Part shown: positions 1 to 34,273 of the stretch, piece after piece
Position numbering within the stretch: the first letter of the stretch is position 1
Layout: each line of letters starts with the position of its first letter
Assembly (NCBI GenBank): GCA_963693365.1
Contig: CAVNZM010000015.1
Span: forward strand, 3,286,001 to 3,350,000
Length of the DNA: 64,000 nucleotides
Origin: Amoebidium appalachense
Taxonomy: Eukaryota > Protista > Ichthyosporea
Direction: 5' to 3'
The notes under the pieces: model-generated
Database searches by the model: none
What the model saw: only the letters and a program-made list of their open reading frames with translations
What the model was told of the DNA's origin: nothing
Program-made: the position numbers and the translations under genes

Positions 1-529
1 CTCGTCTATACTGAATAAATAAAGGTACATAAGGGGAAATTATCTGCTATCGTGCCCGGCGGGCGGGCAGCCGACTTCACGTAAATGTATCAGTAAGGCG
101 ATGTATCAATGCATGAGTGGCTTCATGCTGTATCCACCTCAGGATGACCGACATCCCCTCTCTCCGTTTCCCTATTGCTTGCAAGTTCTTTTGGGGGGAA
201 CCATTCCACCACCTCCATGAACCCCCCTCCCAGCATGCATTCTCATTCCTCTGTGCCCCGGTAAAACGGATGGGTGGTATCGCTGATTGTGTTGAGGTGG
301 AAAAAGTCGTTTAGTTATTTGGGTATGCCACTGGGGGGGAGCTTAACGAAAACGGCAGATAGAAGCAGGGGGGATCCATGAAAGTTCGGAAGGGTTGCAC
401 GTGTGCCACACGGCATGGAGGAGTGAAGGAGGGCATGCTCTCGGAGGGAAGGGAAAGGGCACAGGGGCAGGGCAGAGAGGGGGGGGGGGGGGAGGGGGAA
501 GCTTCGAAGGTGAAGGGGGGGGGGGGGGG

Positions 530-566
<37 letters not shown>

Positions 567-1047
567 GAGAGAGGGAGGGAGGGAGGGAGGGAGGGAGGAC
601 GGGAGGGAGGGAGGGAGGGAGGGAGGGAGGGAGAGAGAGAGAGATGGGGGTGGGGTGGGGGGTGGGGTGGGGGGGGGAAGCATCACTGTTTAAAACTATG
701 ACTCGGTAGCAAGAAAACAAAAGGGTAAATTCACCTAAGAAGAGGCACTAATCATAGCATGGTGATAGTAGTACGTGTATTGATATCCCGATGCCAACTA
801 TAGTATGCAGTGGTTGATACAATACTGAGAGAAACATAAATAGGTGCTATACTGAGTATGAATTGCAACCGTGACACGTGAGTAGGTGCAAGATTTGGTA
901 TGTAACGCCCGGTCCCTCTCAGATTAATTGTAGATGAGTCTGATAGATAGGTTTAGTGTGCAGCTCAGTGACACACAGTGACATACATTTGCATGGTGCA
1001 ACTAACTAAGAACACACACACGCACACGCACGCACGCACACACACGC

Positions 1048-1144
<97 letters not shown>

Positions 1145-1201
1145 CTGAGACACACAAGCAAATGTTCACACGTTGTACTACAAAGAACCAGAGCCATGCA
1201 T

Positions 1202-1289
<88 letters not shown>

Positions 1290-1329
1290 CTGCACACTGC
1301 ACACTGCACACGCACACACACACACGCCC

Positions 1330-1471
<142 letters not shown>

Positions 1472-2842
1472 CATGTGCAGGTGCAAATATATAAAACCAG
1501 GCAGGTCCACGCTGCAGAACGCAAGGTTGAATCCATACTTTGATTCGTGGCCGATGTTGGCATGGCCATGATTTATGTCTTGTCTCGAATTGCTGCAGCT
1601 TTTAATGGGTGTCACGCGGGACTCGCAAAAAGAAAAGTGAGGGGCAAGAAAAGAAAAAAAAAACACTTTATCACACGTCACATATTCAGCGCGTTTTTAC
1701 ACCTAACAGAACGTATGAATGCACAACAGTCACAGGCATAGCACATGTACACGTGCTATATGCACAACATGTTCCACATGTTGGTGATACAGTGACACAC
1801 ATTGCCTATTGTACGTCATCGGTGAAACTGCTGGCGGCGTTTCCGATTGGGAGTTATAGAATGCTCTAGGGAGAGAAGATGTCTGGAGCCATGCCGATTA
1901 GCTGCAGATCACAAGTTCAGATTTGGCAGATTATGGAAAAGCAAATATGTTTGAACCATAACGGATCTACCAGGTCATTTTAGCACGTAAGTTTTGTGGC
2001 TGAGGAATTTTTCAATTATTGAAAGTGAGCCTGCGCAGTGATTTTTGTGTAATTTTTATTAACTATCACTTGCTGTTTGTACGCGTGAATAACGCAATTC
2101 ACACGCTGACAAGGTTTGGAGCACAGCAGCCTTTGAGCAAAACTATTGGTCTAAAGCTCACATTCGGGTAAGGCTAGGATATCAGGGCGAACAAATTTGC
2201 AATTTACAGCGATCTCAATTCTCAGAGTCAGAACGTTCACATGCTACGTAAAATCTACCACGTGTACTAATTTATAGCCGATAGATAAACCAATAAAAAT
2301 ACCTTGTATAGCCAGAACATATAACTATTAATTCTGAATATTAATAAAGGCAATTTCTAGTCCTGCCATAGTGTGCAATTCGATTCCGAGAAGAGCGAAA
2401 TTCATTACCAGCGGGGTCGTCTCCCCATACTCCTCACGGCCATCACGTAATCAAGCGCAGTGGAACGAACGTGGCGTTACCCACTTGACACATGAACACT
2501 TCACAACACAACAAAAACAAACACAGCTTATGCGCCTGACAGTTTGTTTTGTGCAAGAAAACATAACATGGTATTAGTGTGCGTATAGTCATATAACAAC
2601 ACAACCATTAGCCTCACTTGTCTTTGTCAACGTTTGCTCTGATCTTGGTGGCGCAGGTTGTATTCACAGTGTGTTTGTAGTTTAGATTCTGGTCCAATTG
2701 CATCGCACACATCATGACTCTTCCTCCCAATAATTAGCCCCCAACATTAACCTATACCCTCAACCACACATTCACCACATAACCATTCACCACTCCACAA
2801 ACTGTTCAAAGTACCACCCATCAAATTGTCCAACAGTGAAGA

Positions 2843-5689
2843 ATGGGGTCCGTAGCGGTGTTTCTCGATTTTGAGAACCTCGCCTGCACGGGGCCGCTCC
2901 AGATAGAGCCCATTGTAGACTTTGTGTCCACCAAGGGGAACGTGGTTCTGCGCCGTGCTTACGCTGACTGGATGGTGCCTCGCTGCCAAGAATACCAGCA
3001 GGCATTACTCGAACAGGTGTGTGTTTGTCGTTATGTCTTCTCTTTTGGTTTTCCTCTCTCTGTTTGTAGGTGGGTGGGGAGGGGGGGAAAGGGGGGGGGG
3101 GGGGGGGGGGGAGGGAAGAGGGAGGTGTGGTGGGGAAGGGGGGGGGTTTCGGGTCTTGACTGTTTACTTTTTGTATTCTGTTGGCCATTTCAGATAGTCT
3201 GAGAAGTGTGTTCTTGGTTGTGGTGGTTGCAATTTCTTTAGGCATTTTGTTCATGGACCTGGCAATTTGTTTTCCAACCCACCTCGGAGTTCAGAATGAT
3301 GTGAATTTAACGGGGGTTTGTTTCTTTATACTCTTGTGCGAGTATTCCTCCTGGTTCGTTTTCGTTGTGCGGCCACTGCAGTAGTTTTTGCTATCGAACT
3401 ATAAGCTAACACAACGTGTTTCACAGGGGTTTGAGTTTGTCTATTTGCCCAAAACCTCGTCTCAGGGCAAGAACGGTAGCGATGTCCGTCTTGCAGTTGA
3501 CGTGATGGAGTTGTTGGAATCACGTCCGGAAATCGGCACCATTGTCATTGGTTCCGGAGATACCGACTTCATTCCTCTCATACAGAAGGTTCGCGCGCGT
3601 TGCAAAGATGTGGTGGTGGTTGGGTTTGAGAAGGCGGTCGGACGGTTGGTGAAAGCAAACACGAGTCAGTTCAAGTCTTTGGATGAGCTCTTGGCTCTTT
3701 CCTCCCAGCCGGCGACAGCTGAACCCACCGGTGGATACCCCACCGTGGCACCAGCAAGCCCTGTCGAGGCTGCATCCCCACGCCCAACTCCCGGGTCTTC
3801 TTCCTCGTTATCATCGTCTACAAAACCGCCAACCAGCCCGAAAATACAGCCGCTTCCTAGTGTCCAGCAGTCGGTTACATCAACTGCCAATGCCAACAGT
3901 GCTTCAGTCGCATCGGAGGCGGTGGTGCCCAGCTCGCATCCGCACAAGGAGGCACGGATGTTGATTGAGCGGTTTTTGCGCAACTACAGTGACACGTCCA
4001 TTTCGATGGCGCTTCTCAAGCCCCAGTTGACACGATTGGATCCGTCTTTCTCGGAGCGAAAATACGGGTTCGCATCATTCAAGTCGTTCGTTTCCTCACT
4101 CGTTCCCGACCTGGTATCGAGGATTGAAACAGAGAGCGGTATGCATTGTACCGTTCACTTCCGCGATGACCGGCCCGTCAGAATTATGCCGTCAAGCGGC
4201 CTAATCCCCCCAACGCCCACCAACACCAAGCATAACAACCACGAACCAGCGGTTGTTGATCGTTCGGCAGCTATGACGGGCTCAGCGGGAGCCATGGGGA
4301 CGCAAAGGAGCGAAAACGTGCGGGCTAGCACTTTGGATACTTCAAAGCCGGCATTGCCTACGGCAAGCCCTCGCAGGGAGAGTGAGAGCATAGCCAAGTT
4401 GGTAGCAGGGGGCAAACAGCGGCCCAGCCCTGTGCCCCAACCAACATCGTCCCCGGCTATGTCCGCTTCTTCCACCAAGGACGAAATTCCCCAGTCGCCA
4501 TCAACTCAGGTGGCTTCGACTTTCTCCCGACAACCCCCCCCCTGCCGCTCTGCGGAGTTTAAGCGTCGGTGCCCTTCATGAGCCTGAACATTGGCTGAAG
4601 GGGAACAAGGTGCTAACGGCAGCCATCGAGCGCGAGGCGTTTTGTGACGCGCTCTGGGAGATTTGCTCCACGGGGGGTGATGTTACATGGCGGACGTGCA
4701 GGGAGGACCTCGTGAAAGCTACTGGAAGAACATCGACGACGGTTCGGCGGTTTATTCAAACAATGGCAAACACCGGCACTCTTGTTGCGGCTTCACATTC
4801 CGATGATGAGCAACCGGCGTCGCTGTTGACTACCGCTCAGGCGCTTTCGCGTCACACATCAGCCGTAGATGTTAACAGCTCAACAGCAACCACGCAGCAG
4901 AGCCCCAACGAGCAACTCGGTGTGGAGACGTCATCGATGGCTAACGGGCAGGATAGCGTAGTCGAAATTTCGCCAAATGTGGATTCGGCAAACGTTCTGC
5001 AGCGGCTCTACGTCGAGTATTGGCGCCGGCAGCTGGAATCCCGCTATCCTTGGCTTACACAGGGCCAAGCACGCGAGCTCCTAGGCGAAGACGTCCAGGA
5101 AGCAACACGCTTCATCCAGAAGCAGAAAATCCCCCTGGTCGGTCCCACATCGGCGCTACTTTCCTCGCTGGTGGTCAAGGCGATGGATCAGACAAACGGC
5201 AACGGCATGCTCAAGAAGGACATCGCAGAATTCATAGTTTCCGGTGCCCCTGAGAAGCCGGGTCTTGCCAAGGCGTTCATGCAGCAGCTGTTTGTTGCAC
5301 GCGCCTGGGTGGTCAAAAACGAGGAAACAGCTGCGGCCAAGCCGTGGAGCGAGCGAACATTGGTTCTGGATCCGAAACTTCAAACGCAACAGGCGGTGGA
5401 GAACCTGTACGAGATGCACGTTTTCCAGCTTTTGCGGGCGAAATTCCCGTATCTTTCTGGACACACTATCGAGGAGGCCTTGAAGGAGACAGAAACCGTT
5501 AACGAAACCGATTTTCTGGGTTCGTTTGCGGCTTCCCCTGCTGTTGGTGTCTCGGCTATGATAGTGGACGGGACGGGGATGGGGAGTGAGGTTCCTAATT
5601 TGGCAGGTGCGGTAGGAACGTTTGGGAGACACGGGTCAGGCAAGGCTTTGCTTGGGCCTAACCCACTGCACGAGCCTGTGACTGTGTAA
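2843..5689 (+). CDS. NYN (LabA/DUF88 PIN-like) ribonuclease domain + OST-HTH/LOTUS domain + two C-terminal helical repeats; about 811 aa if one C is removed from the C9 run at 4534-4542
   Basis: Exon 1 2843-3016 (MGSVAVFLDFENL...RRAYADW...EQ|gt), phase-0 intron with a gctaac branch-like motif, exon 2 from 3427 (ag|GFEFVYLP...GKNGSDVRLAVD...IVIGSGDTDFIPLIQKVRARCKDVVVVG). NYN acidic motifs DFEN, KNGSD and SGDTDF are intact. LOTUS-like segment MALLKPQLTRLDPSFSERKYGFASFKSFV. ORFs 3388-4581 and 4610-5689 join without a stop if C9 is read as C8. Confidence 0.88.
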
Positions 5690-6062
5690 ACGTGATGGGA
5701 GCTGGTCATGTATAGTTTGACGGCTTTTTGTTTTAGCAATCATAAGCTTCCTTTCAGTCCTAATTTATAATTACAGCGCGTTGCAACTTGTAACACATAG
5801 CGGCGACACAGTGTCATCTCGGCAGACTTGACTTGTCTCGGCAGACTTGACCGAATGATTATCATAGGCTTGTATTTATTTAGTTCTTTGGGCTGTAAAT
5901 TATACTAAGAGCTCGTGTGTATTAGAACACAGGAGGCTGTTAAGGGCCAAAGGGGGAAGATGTAAATCTGGGAAAGGGAACAAGTGAATGAACTTTCAAC
6001 CTGCCCTGTGCGTGGTTGTTCTGCATACCTCCTTGTCTGAAAGAACGTCGTGGTGGTCCCTT

Positions 6063-6125
6063 GAGATCCAGGTGCTGGAATGGTCATTATCCTCGTGTGT
6101 GTGTGTATGTGTGTGGGGTTGGTGT

Positions 6126-6182
<57 letters not shown>

Positions 6183-6305
6183 CCCACCCCCCCCCCCCCC
6201 CCCCACACACACACAAGGTCATTCCAGCCCCCCCCCCCTCCCCCCCAACACACACACACACACACACACACACGAGGATAAATACCATACCAGCACCTGG
6301 ATCTC
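6063..6305. mobile_element. MITE-like foldback element
   Basis: gagatccaggtgctggaatggtcattatcctcgtgtgtg (from 6063) is the near reverse complement of cacacacgaggataaataccataccagcacctggatctc (to 6305). The interior is GT/poly-G then poly-C/CA, also self-complementary. No clear TSD. Confidence 0.55.
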
Positions 6306-6603
6306 TGCCGCAAAAATGGACAGCTAGTATTGATGAAAGTTGTCCCTATTAATCATCCATATGTTAGAAAAGATTGAACCGTGTTGATATATTTACCCCC
6401 ACCCCTCCCCCCCCCCCCCCCCCCCAGGATTCCCCCCCTCTCCCGCTCCGTCTCCCGTATGCCCCCCCCTTCCCCCCCCCTCCCCTCCTCCCCCCCACCT
6501 CCTCCCCTACCCTCACCCCCTCCCCAGCCCTTTCTTGACCAGTTGAGCTGATGGGTTCTAACTTTGCTGCAGCAAGGGCCGTTGCTGTAAAAGTATATCA
6601 TGT

Positions 6604-7023
6604 TCATTTGTCCAGCTTGAAACGTGCCTGTTCAAAGTTGGGACCAGTCAGGCGATCTTTCACTGCTGCAGCGCCTTGTGTTTGCGTTTGTATAATGTGC
6701 TTGAATGGCCACACTTTGGGGACATAAATTCTCACAAAGATTGGGAGAGCTGTTATATTAGTAGGCTGCTGCGTCGCAAAAACACACGCTAAAACTCCAC
6801 TGTTCACACATATGAACAATGATTAGGTATTTACCAACAACTGTATTGGAATTAAAACATGCCGGCACCTCATCCATGCCGTAAAGAAACAGCACAAGTC
6901 CGTCCTTCGTTGATGTCCCCGCGGGATAGGTAGCCTAAGTGTACTCTAAAATCCATCAGCCATCGTCTTTATTTAAAAGGTTAATCAACTCGACGGTCCA
7001 ATCATCATAACGCAACAAATGTA
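6604..7023 (-). pseudogene. possible degenerate coding fragment with a NACHT/P-loop Walker-B-like motif
   Basis: The minus strand reads HLLRYDDWTVELINLLNKDDG*WILEYT*ATYPAGTSTKDGLVLFLYGMDEVP..., then a putative gt..ag intron, then ALPIFVRIYVPKVWPFKHIIQTQ. Two in-frame stops. LVLFLYGMDEV resembles hhhhDGhDE. Weak. Confidence 0.2.
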
Positions 7024-7601
7024 CGTAGGCTTAGTGTCAATGAAGCCTGGAAGACTGCGAAAAAGCAGCGCCGCCCACACAGGCGGAGGGAGTGAGCGAG
7101 TGTGCGCTTTGTGTGGGGGAAAAGAAAGTTGTCTCTCAGAGCTCTAAACTGCAAGGTATACGAAAAAAACTAAGTTACCAAGAAAGGGAGAAGAGTTTAA
7201 CTAGCAAGAACAAGGAGACGATTAAATGGTTGAGTTTTTCTTTGGGGCAAGTTTGGTTGGTTTCAACCACTTGACCAATCAAAGTTGGAAGGGAAGTGTA
7301 GGTGTGGTGGGCTCTGCAGAAAGAGGAGGATCGTATTTTTGACAACGTGTTGTCATGCACAAGGAGAGGTAGTTTTTTGTAAGTTTTCGCAGCTCGTTTT
7401 TCCCAGCTCGTTTTTCATGAGCGCGTGACTAAGCACATTTAAGACGTTGATGGTTAAAGTTGGTCGTTCAGCTCGCTCTACACCACTAACCAAGGCTTTC
7501 CTCCCCCTGTTCCCTTCATCTGCACACACACGCACATACGCACGCACACGCCGAACGCACACGCACACACGCACACCTGCACGCACACATACATACACAA
7601 G

Positions 7602-7635
<34 letters not shown>

Positions 7636-7758
7636 ACACCATCACACAAAAACACGCGTGCACACGCACACACACACACACACACACATGTACACGCACA
7701 TGTGCACACACACATTTTGTCTTATGCACCAACAGGGCTACTGTGAAGAAAGAACACC

Positions 7759-17686
<9,928 letters not shown>

Positions 17687-17956
17687 ATTGGCCGAGATAG
17701 TCGTGGGATATACTCTGGAAAATTGTATCGGCGGTCGCACTGATAGTATGACGGTGCGCGGATATATTTGCGGAGGAATGCTACAGGAATATATGGCGTG
17801 TGATGGTGTTTATGTTTTTTTCTTTTCTGGAAGAAGGGGTGGGGGGAGCTGTTGTTCCAAGCAGTCAGAATATATCCCATATTCCCCACCGGTGGTTGGG
17901 TGGCGTTGAAGAATAAACCGCTGGTGTGGAAAAATTAATACCCGGTTTTTTTTGCC

Positions 17957-17990
<34 letters not shown>

Positions 17991-18565
17991 GTGTGTTACT
18001 GTGGGTGGGTGGGTGTGGGTGGGGGGGTGGAGGGTGGGGGTGGGGGGGGGGGATGGGCTGTTATGTACGTCACGTAACCAACGGCGCTTTGGCCACAAAA
18101 AGTTCCCAACGTTCACCCCTGCTATGTCAACGAGCCACCCTTACGTGACACCTGCCCAACACGATGTAACTACATATCAACAATACGGTCCATGGTGCAG
18201 TAAAAATGGCAGTTATAACTCTGCAGGTTGTGTGGGTTGCTTGTTGCAGATGTCAAAAGCGAAGGATTAGGTTGAGGGATAGTAGGAAGGTGAAACAAAA
18301 CAGGGTTGTTGCGAGATCCGAAGTCTTCGTGTTTCCATGTAAGTTCCAAGTGTGACAGCTATCAGTTTAAGTTCATAAAACCAAGAATGCCGGGCCCGGG
18401 TACAACTACGTAAAGAGCAGCGGCATTTGGAGAGGGTGGGCGGCATTTGGAGAGGGTGGTTGAAGACAGGGAGGAGGGGTTCGGGCAGGGGACAGGGCGG
18501 GGGTGGGGGACCAAGAGAGAGAGAAGAGGGGGGAGGGGGGGAGAAGCGAGAGAGAGAGAGGGTTT

Positions 18566-18803
<238 letters not shown>

Positions 18804-18978
18804 ACGACATAGGGGTGGGGGGAAGAGAGAGCGAGCGAGAGAGAGAGAGAGAGCGACAGAGCGAGCGAGCGAGATCATGATTTGGGAGCCTCGCTCGAGG
18901 GGGAGGCGCCAAGGGATCATCCGGGAGACGAGGAAGGCGGAAGGAGGGGAGGGGGGGGGGGGAGGGGGCCGGGGGAAG

Positions 18979-19019
<41 letters not shown>

Positions 19020-20143
19020 GTTGGAATCGAGGGACTTAATCTAATAAATAGAAGAAGGAGTACACTCTACACCTTCATGTATTTCATGTATTTTGAGCGT
19101 GTTAATTGCTCCTTGGAAAGAGCAGATGATTTTTGTCGTCACACGGTGTGCAGCGTCCTCTGCGAAGTTTCTGCCAGGGACCTCGCCGGATATATGCAGC
19201 TTCTTCGGAGATTGGCGGACGGGATATTCTCCCATGATCGATTGCTTGACATTCTCGAAACTGTAAATGCAGCTATTTTTGACGTCACCATATGTTTTTA
19301 TGTTGTCTTATTGCTTCAAAGTTTTGAGTTTCTGGTAGCGTGTTTGGACTACTCGATTATGTATGCTAGCTAAGATACGTACGAGGTTCTATCATTGATA
19401 TCGCATCTTCTGCAAAAGTTTTTCCGCATACCACGGCAACACACAACATGAATGTGTTGTTTGAGTGTTTTGAGTGTATGAAGTTGTTCTTGTGGCTGTG
19501 AGCCGAAACAGCCAAACACCAGCCTCCTTTCATTGGACTCCATGTCCACATTTCAGATCTTTAACGGCATGCATAAACTCAAGTAGAGGTTAGAGTAGAG
19601 GAGCGAGGCTTCGAGTCTGCGAAAAGAGAAGCAATAACCTAATTGCTTCTTGTTTCTTACCATTTTTTCCTCTTCGGGGGTTGTTTAGCCAGTACAGCAC
19701 CGAAAAGTGAGTCCTTTGGACTCAACGGTAACAACCCCCTCCCCCTCCCCCCCTCCCCCCTCCCGTCCCCTCCCCCCTCCCCTCCCCCCTCCCCTTTTGC
19801 CCAAAACCCCCCTCACCCCCCCCCCTCCCCTAAACTCCCCGCTTCTCCGCCCTCTCCCCTCTCACGCCTTTCGTCTTTCCTTTCTCTTCTTCCCTCAATC
19901 TCTGTCCCACCATTTGTTAGCAGACGTTTAGCATCTGACTTCATCCTTTTCACCCTTGTTCCTCCAAACTCTGAAGCTTCTCCTCATGCATGCACACACA
20001 AGCCTGCACTCCCACTACTCAAGTGCACAGACATGTGCATACACACAGACATATACACACCACATGTTGAGATACATACGTGCACACCAACGTACACATG
20101 CACATGCAAGCACTCAGGCACGCACTACACACACACACACACA

Positions 20144-20246
<103 letters not shown>

Positions 20247-20918
20247 GCACGTGCGCCACACTTGCCTCTCTTGCGCAATCCATTTGCAGCTGTGATCGTG
20301 CTCTTGGCATCTGTTTCAGAGTTGCCTGACATGTCCAATCATCCCCCCCCCCCCCCCGGGGGGGGGGGGGGGGGGGGGGGGGGGCAAACACACACACGAA
20401 AACATAAACATGGCAACCGCCTTATCTTTCCCCATGCACGCCCTTTGCCTTCTGTCCCCACTTGATCCCCATCCTCTCCCCATCTCCCTTCCACACCGTT
20501 CTTCTCTTCCCCTTCCCCCCCCTCCCCCCTGGGCCCCCCCTGAGGATGGGCTCTGCTTATTATGCATACTCTTTATGTATGGCTTGCATTCTGCATCGTG
20601 TTATCCGTTTGTTCTTGTGTACTTCGTACTTTTTGACGCATTCAAACCCCCCCCCCCCCCCCCATCTCCCCCCCCTCCCCGCCTGCTCATTCTCCCTTTT
20701 CTTCTCTTATTTTTCAGGCAAAATATCTTGATTTCATGCTTTCGATGATGAAGGCCGTATGCGTGCTCTCCTCTCGATTTTTGTTTCGCGCCTTTGTTGC
20801 CGGTTTGCTTGTTGCAATAAGAAGAGTACACCTCCAGCACCCATTTTCTTCCCTTACCCCTTCCCCCCCAAACCCGCACCCCCCTCCCCCCCTCCTCTCC
20901 CCCCCTCCCCCGCCCCTC

Positions 20919-20967
<49 letters not shown>

Positions 20968-21543
20968 TCCCTCTGCGCTATGTACTTGAGGATTTGCTCT
21001 TCCTATGAGAACACTCTTTGTGTGCGCCATGTTAAATCTTCCTTGTGGTGCCACGTTATGTGTACTTCGTGCTGTGCAACACGTCCCCCCCCCCCCCCCC
21101 CCCCCTCCCCCCTGCCACCCTCTCCCTCTTGCCACTATCAGACTCACACGCACTCACATATACACACTTATCCCCCCCCCTCCCCCCTCCCCCCTCCGTG
21201 AATGGGCTCTGCTTATTATGCACACTCTTGGTGTAGTTTGTACTCTGCCCTGTGTTTATCGCCATATCTGTACTTCGTAACCTAGAACACATTCTTTCCT
21301 TCCCCACCCCCCACCCCCCCCCCCTCCCCCCAAAAAAACAACCCCCCCCCCCCCCCTTTCCTTTCCCAACCTCTCCACTATCTATAACGCCTCCTACCCC
21401 CCCCCCCCCAAAAAAAAAAAATTGCAGAAAACAACCTCACAACGCCGGGTCGTGGGCGCGCCTTTTGGGGCGGGTGGGAGAAAGTTCGTGCCGGGGTAGA
21501 GCTCATACAGAGAGGGGTCAGCGGAGGGATCCGTGCACGAACA

Positions 21544-31934
<10,391 letters not shown>

Positions 31935-32143
31935 TTCGGGTCCCCGGCCTGTGTCTCGATGTGGGTCGAACCATACATTGCATGACTTTCGGTTTTTTTT
32001 TTTTTTTTTTTTTTTTGGTTTTTTTTTTGCCCCTTCCCTTCTCTTCTTTCTTTTGGTGTTGTCATTTTTTTTCCTGCTCCCCAGTTTTTGTGCGCCTTGA
32101 CAACTTGATCCCTCCCCCCTCTCTCTACCCCCCCGCCCCCCAT

Positions 32144-32219
<76 letters not shown>

Positions 32220-32390
32220 ACCTTTGACCCTCATCCTCTCTGCAGTTTGGTTGCTTATGATATATTTTTGCCTTTTTGTTTTCTTTTTTTTTTTTTTTTT
32301 TTTTGCCCTATCTCTAGTGATTTTTTTATTATTATTTTTTTTGTTGTTGTTGTTGTGGCAAGCGGTTGCCGTGGGTACGGGTCTAGAGTT

Positions 32391-32473
<83 letters not shown>

Positions 32474-32474
32474 C

Positions 32475-32570
<96 letters not shown>

Positions 32571-32587
32571 AGGGTGGGTGGGTGGGT

Positions 32588-32622
<35 letters not shown>

Positions 32623-33317
32623 GAGGAGATAATTATTGTGACCTACGTACCTTAATTAACCAACAATATGAACTGTTTATAGTATAATATAAGAGAGCCA
32701 CCATGTACAGGTCAACATCAATATTGATATCAGGGCAAATCCACAGGCACAATACTTTTGGACATATGATATAGTGGAGTCGTTGCATTGCTCAAGCTGT
32801 CTTGGCTTGTGTTGTTATCTGCCACGTGCGACTGTGGCCTCAGCCGCCATATCATCAACTATACGCTGGCTATTTTTCAAGGGTATGAGTTGCCGCGTGA
32901 GCAGCCGCGTCGAAAGGAAAGTTTTGTCGGCCTTGAAAAATAAGAGCTACCTCCAAAAGTAGCAGTGTTGTTATTGATACATATGGGTCTAGATAAGGCT
33001 CGACCGTTGTTTTTGTGAGCTCGGTGGGGATCATGATCGAGGACTTTGCGGCGCGAAATAAAATGCATTATAAAAAACTTTACGGGTGCAAATAGAGGAG
33101 AAATTCTAACTATGAAACTTGATTCAGACCATCAACACCTGAGCATACGCTATGAATATGGCAACGGGTGCGATTCAGGTTTTACTCTAATAGTTATAAA
33201 TGTATATAAGGTCGGTGGAAGGACCCTCACGTGCGAGTCATTGATATGATTTGACATATGTAACCCAGCTATGGGGTGTATACCCTGTACAGGTGCATGT
33301 GTGTTGTGTCTTTGCTA

Positions 33318-33748
33318 AATAATTCTGCTCTGATCAGAATAAGTCTGCTTCGAATTCCAATTTTACAGCAGACCATTATTCTGCTCCGAGCAGAATAATT
33401 CTGCTTTTGCGGAATAATTGTGCTAACATCAGTCCGATAAAATATCAATCTGCTCAGTGACGCAGTAAAGTAACTGTAAAGGAATAGACTAAGTTCTGCT
33501 TTTGAAGAAAAACTCTGCTTACAAATGAATAATTCTGCTAACTGTTACAGCACCCTGACGGCAATAGTTCTGCTACATAATAGTTACGGAATGATTCTGA
33601 AAAAGCAGAATTTTTCTGCCTTCAAGTTTGCTGAATAATTCTCGTAGCAGCAGCAGCCAGGTCCTGGTGAGTAATTCAGCTTATAGTCACGGAATAATTC
33701 TGCTTTTGTGGAATTATTCTGCCTTCAAGTTTGCTGAATTATTCTGCT
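33318..33748. repeat. degenerate array of palindromic motif (A)GCAGAAT(A/T)ATTCTGC(T), block 1
   Basis: e.g. gagcagaataattctgcttttgcggaataattgtgct; many imperfect copies at roughly 20-22 nt spacing. Confidence 0.8.
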
Positions 33749-33769
33749 AGCATGTGTGACGGTGTGTGT

Positions 33770-33819
<50 letters not shown>

Positions 33820-33921
33820 GTGCACGTCACACATGTGTAGATGAGCAGCCTGAGGGTGGGGGGGGGGGGGGGGAAGGGGGGGGGGGGGGGGGGGGAAGGG
33901 GGGGGGGGGGGGGGAGAGGGG

Positions 33922-33963
<42 letters not shown>

Positions 33964-34148
33964 GGAAATTTTATAGCCTGGCATGATATCATAGTACACC
34001 TTTGCCGCGGACAACACAAAGCAGACCTTGCAAAGAACACACAGACTATGCGTCCCGCAGAAGCAGAGCACTAGCACGAAGGGGTGGAATGTGTGTGTAG
34101 TACGCGCGTGCGCGTGCGCGCTGTGTATGTGTGTGTGTGTATGTGTGT

Positions 34149-34188
<40 letters not shown>

Positions 34189-34273
34189 GGGGGAGGGGGG
34201 GGGTATGCGTCAGCCTGAGTGCCCTAAACGGAAGGAAAAGTTTCTCTAAAAATTAAATAAAAATAAAAATAAA

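Noticed and set aside
19041-19560. Unique-sequence ORF fragments between NDUFS7 and CK2
   Set aside because: No recognisable motif or consistent exon structure on either strand.
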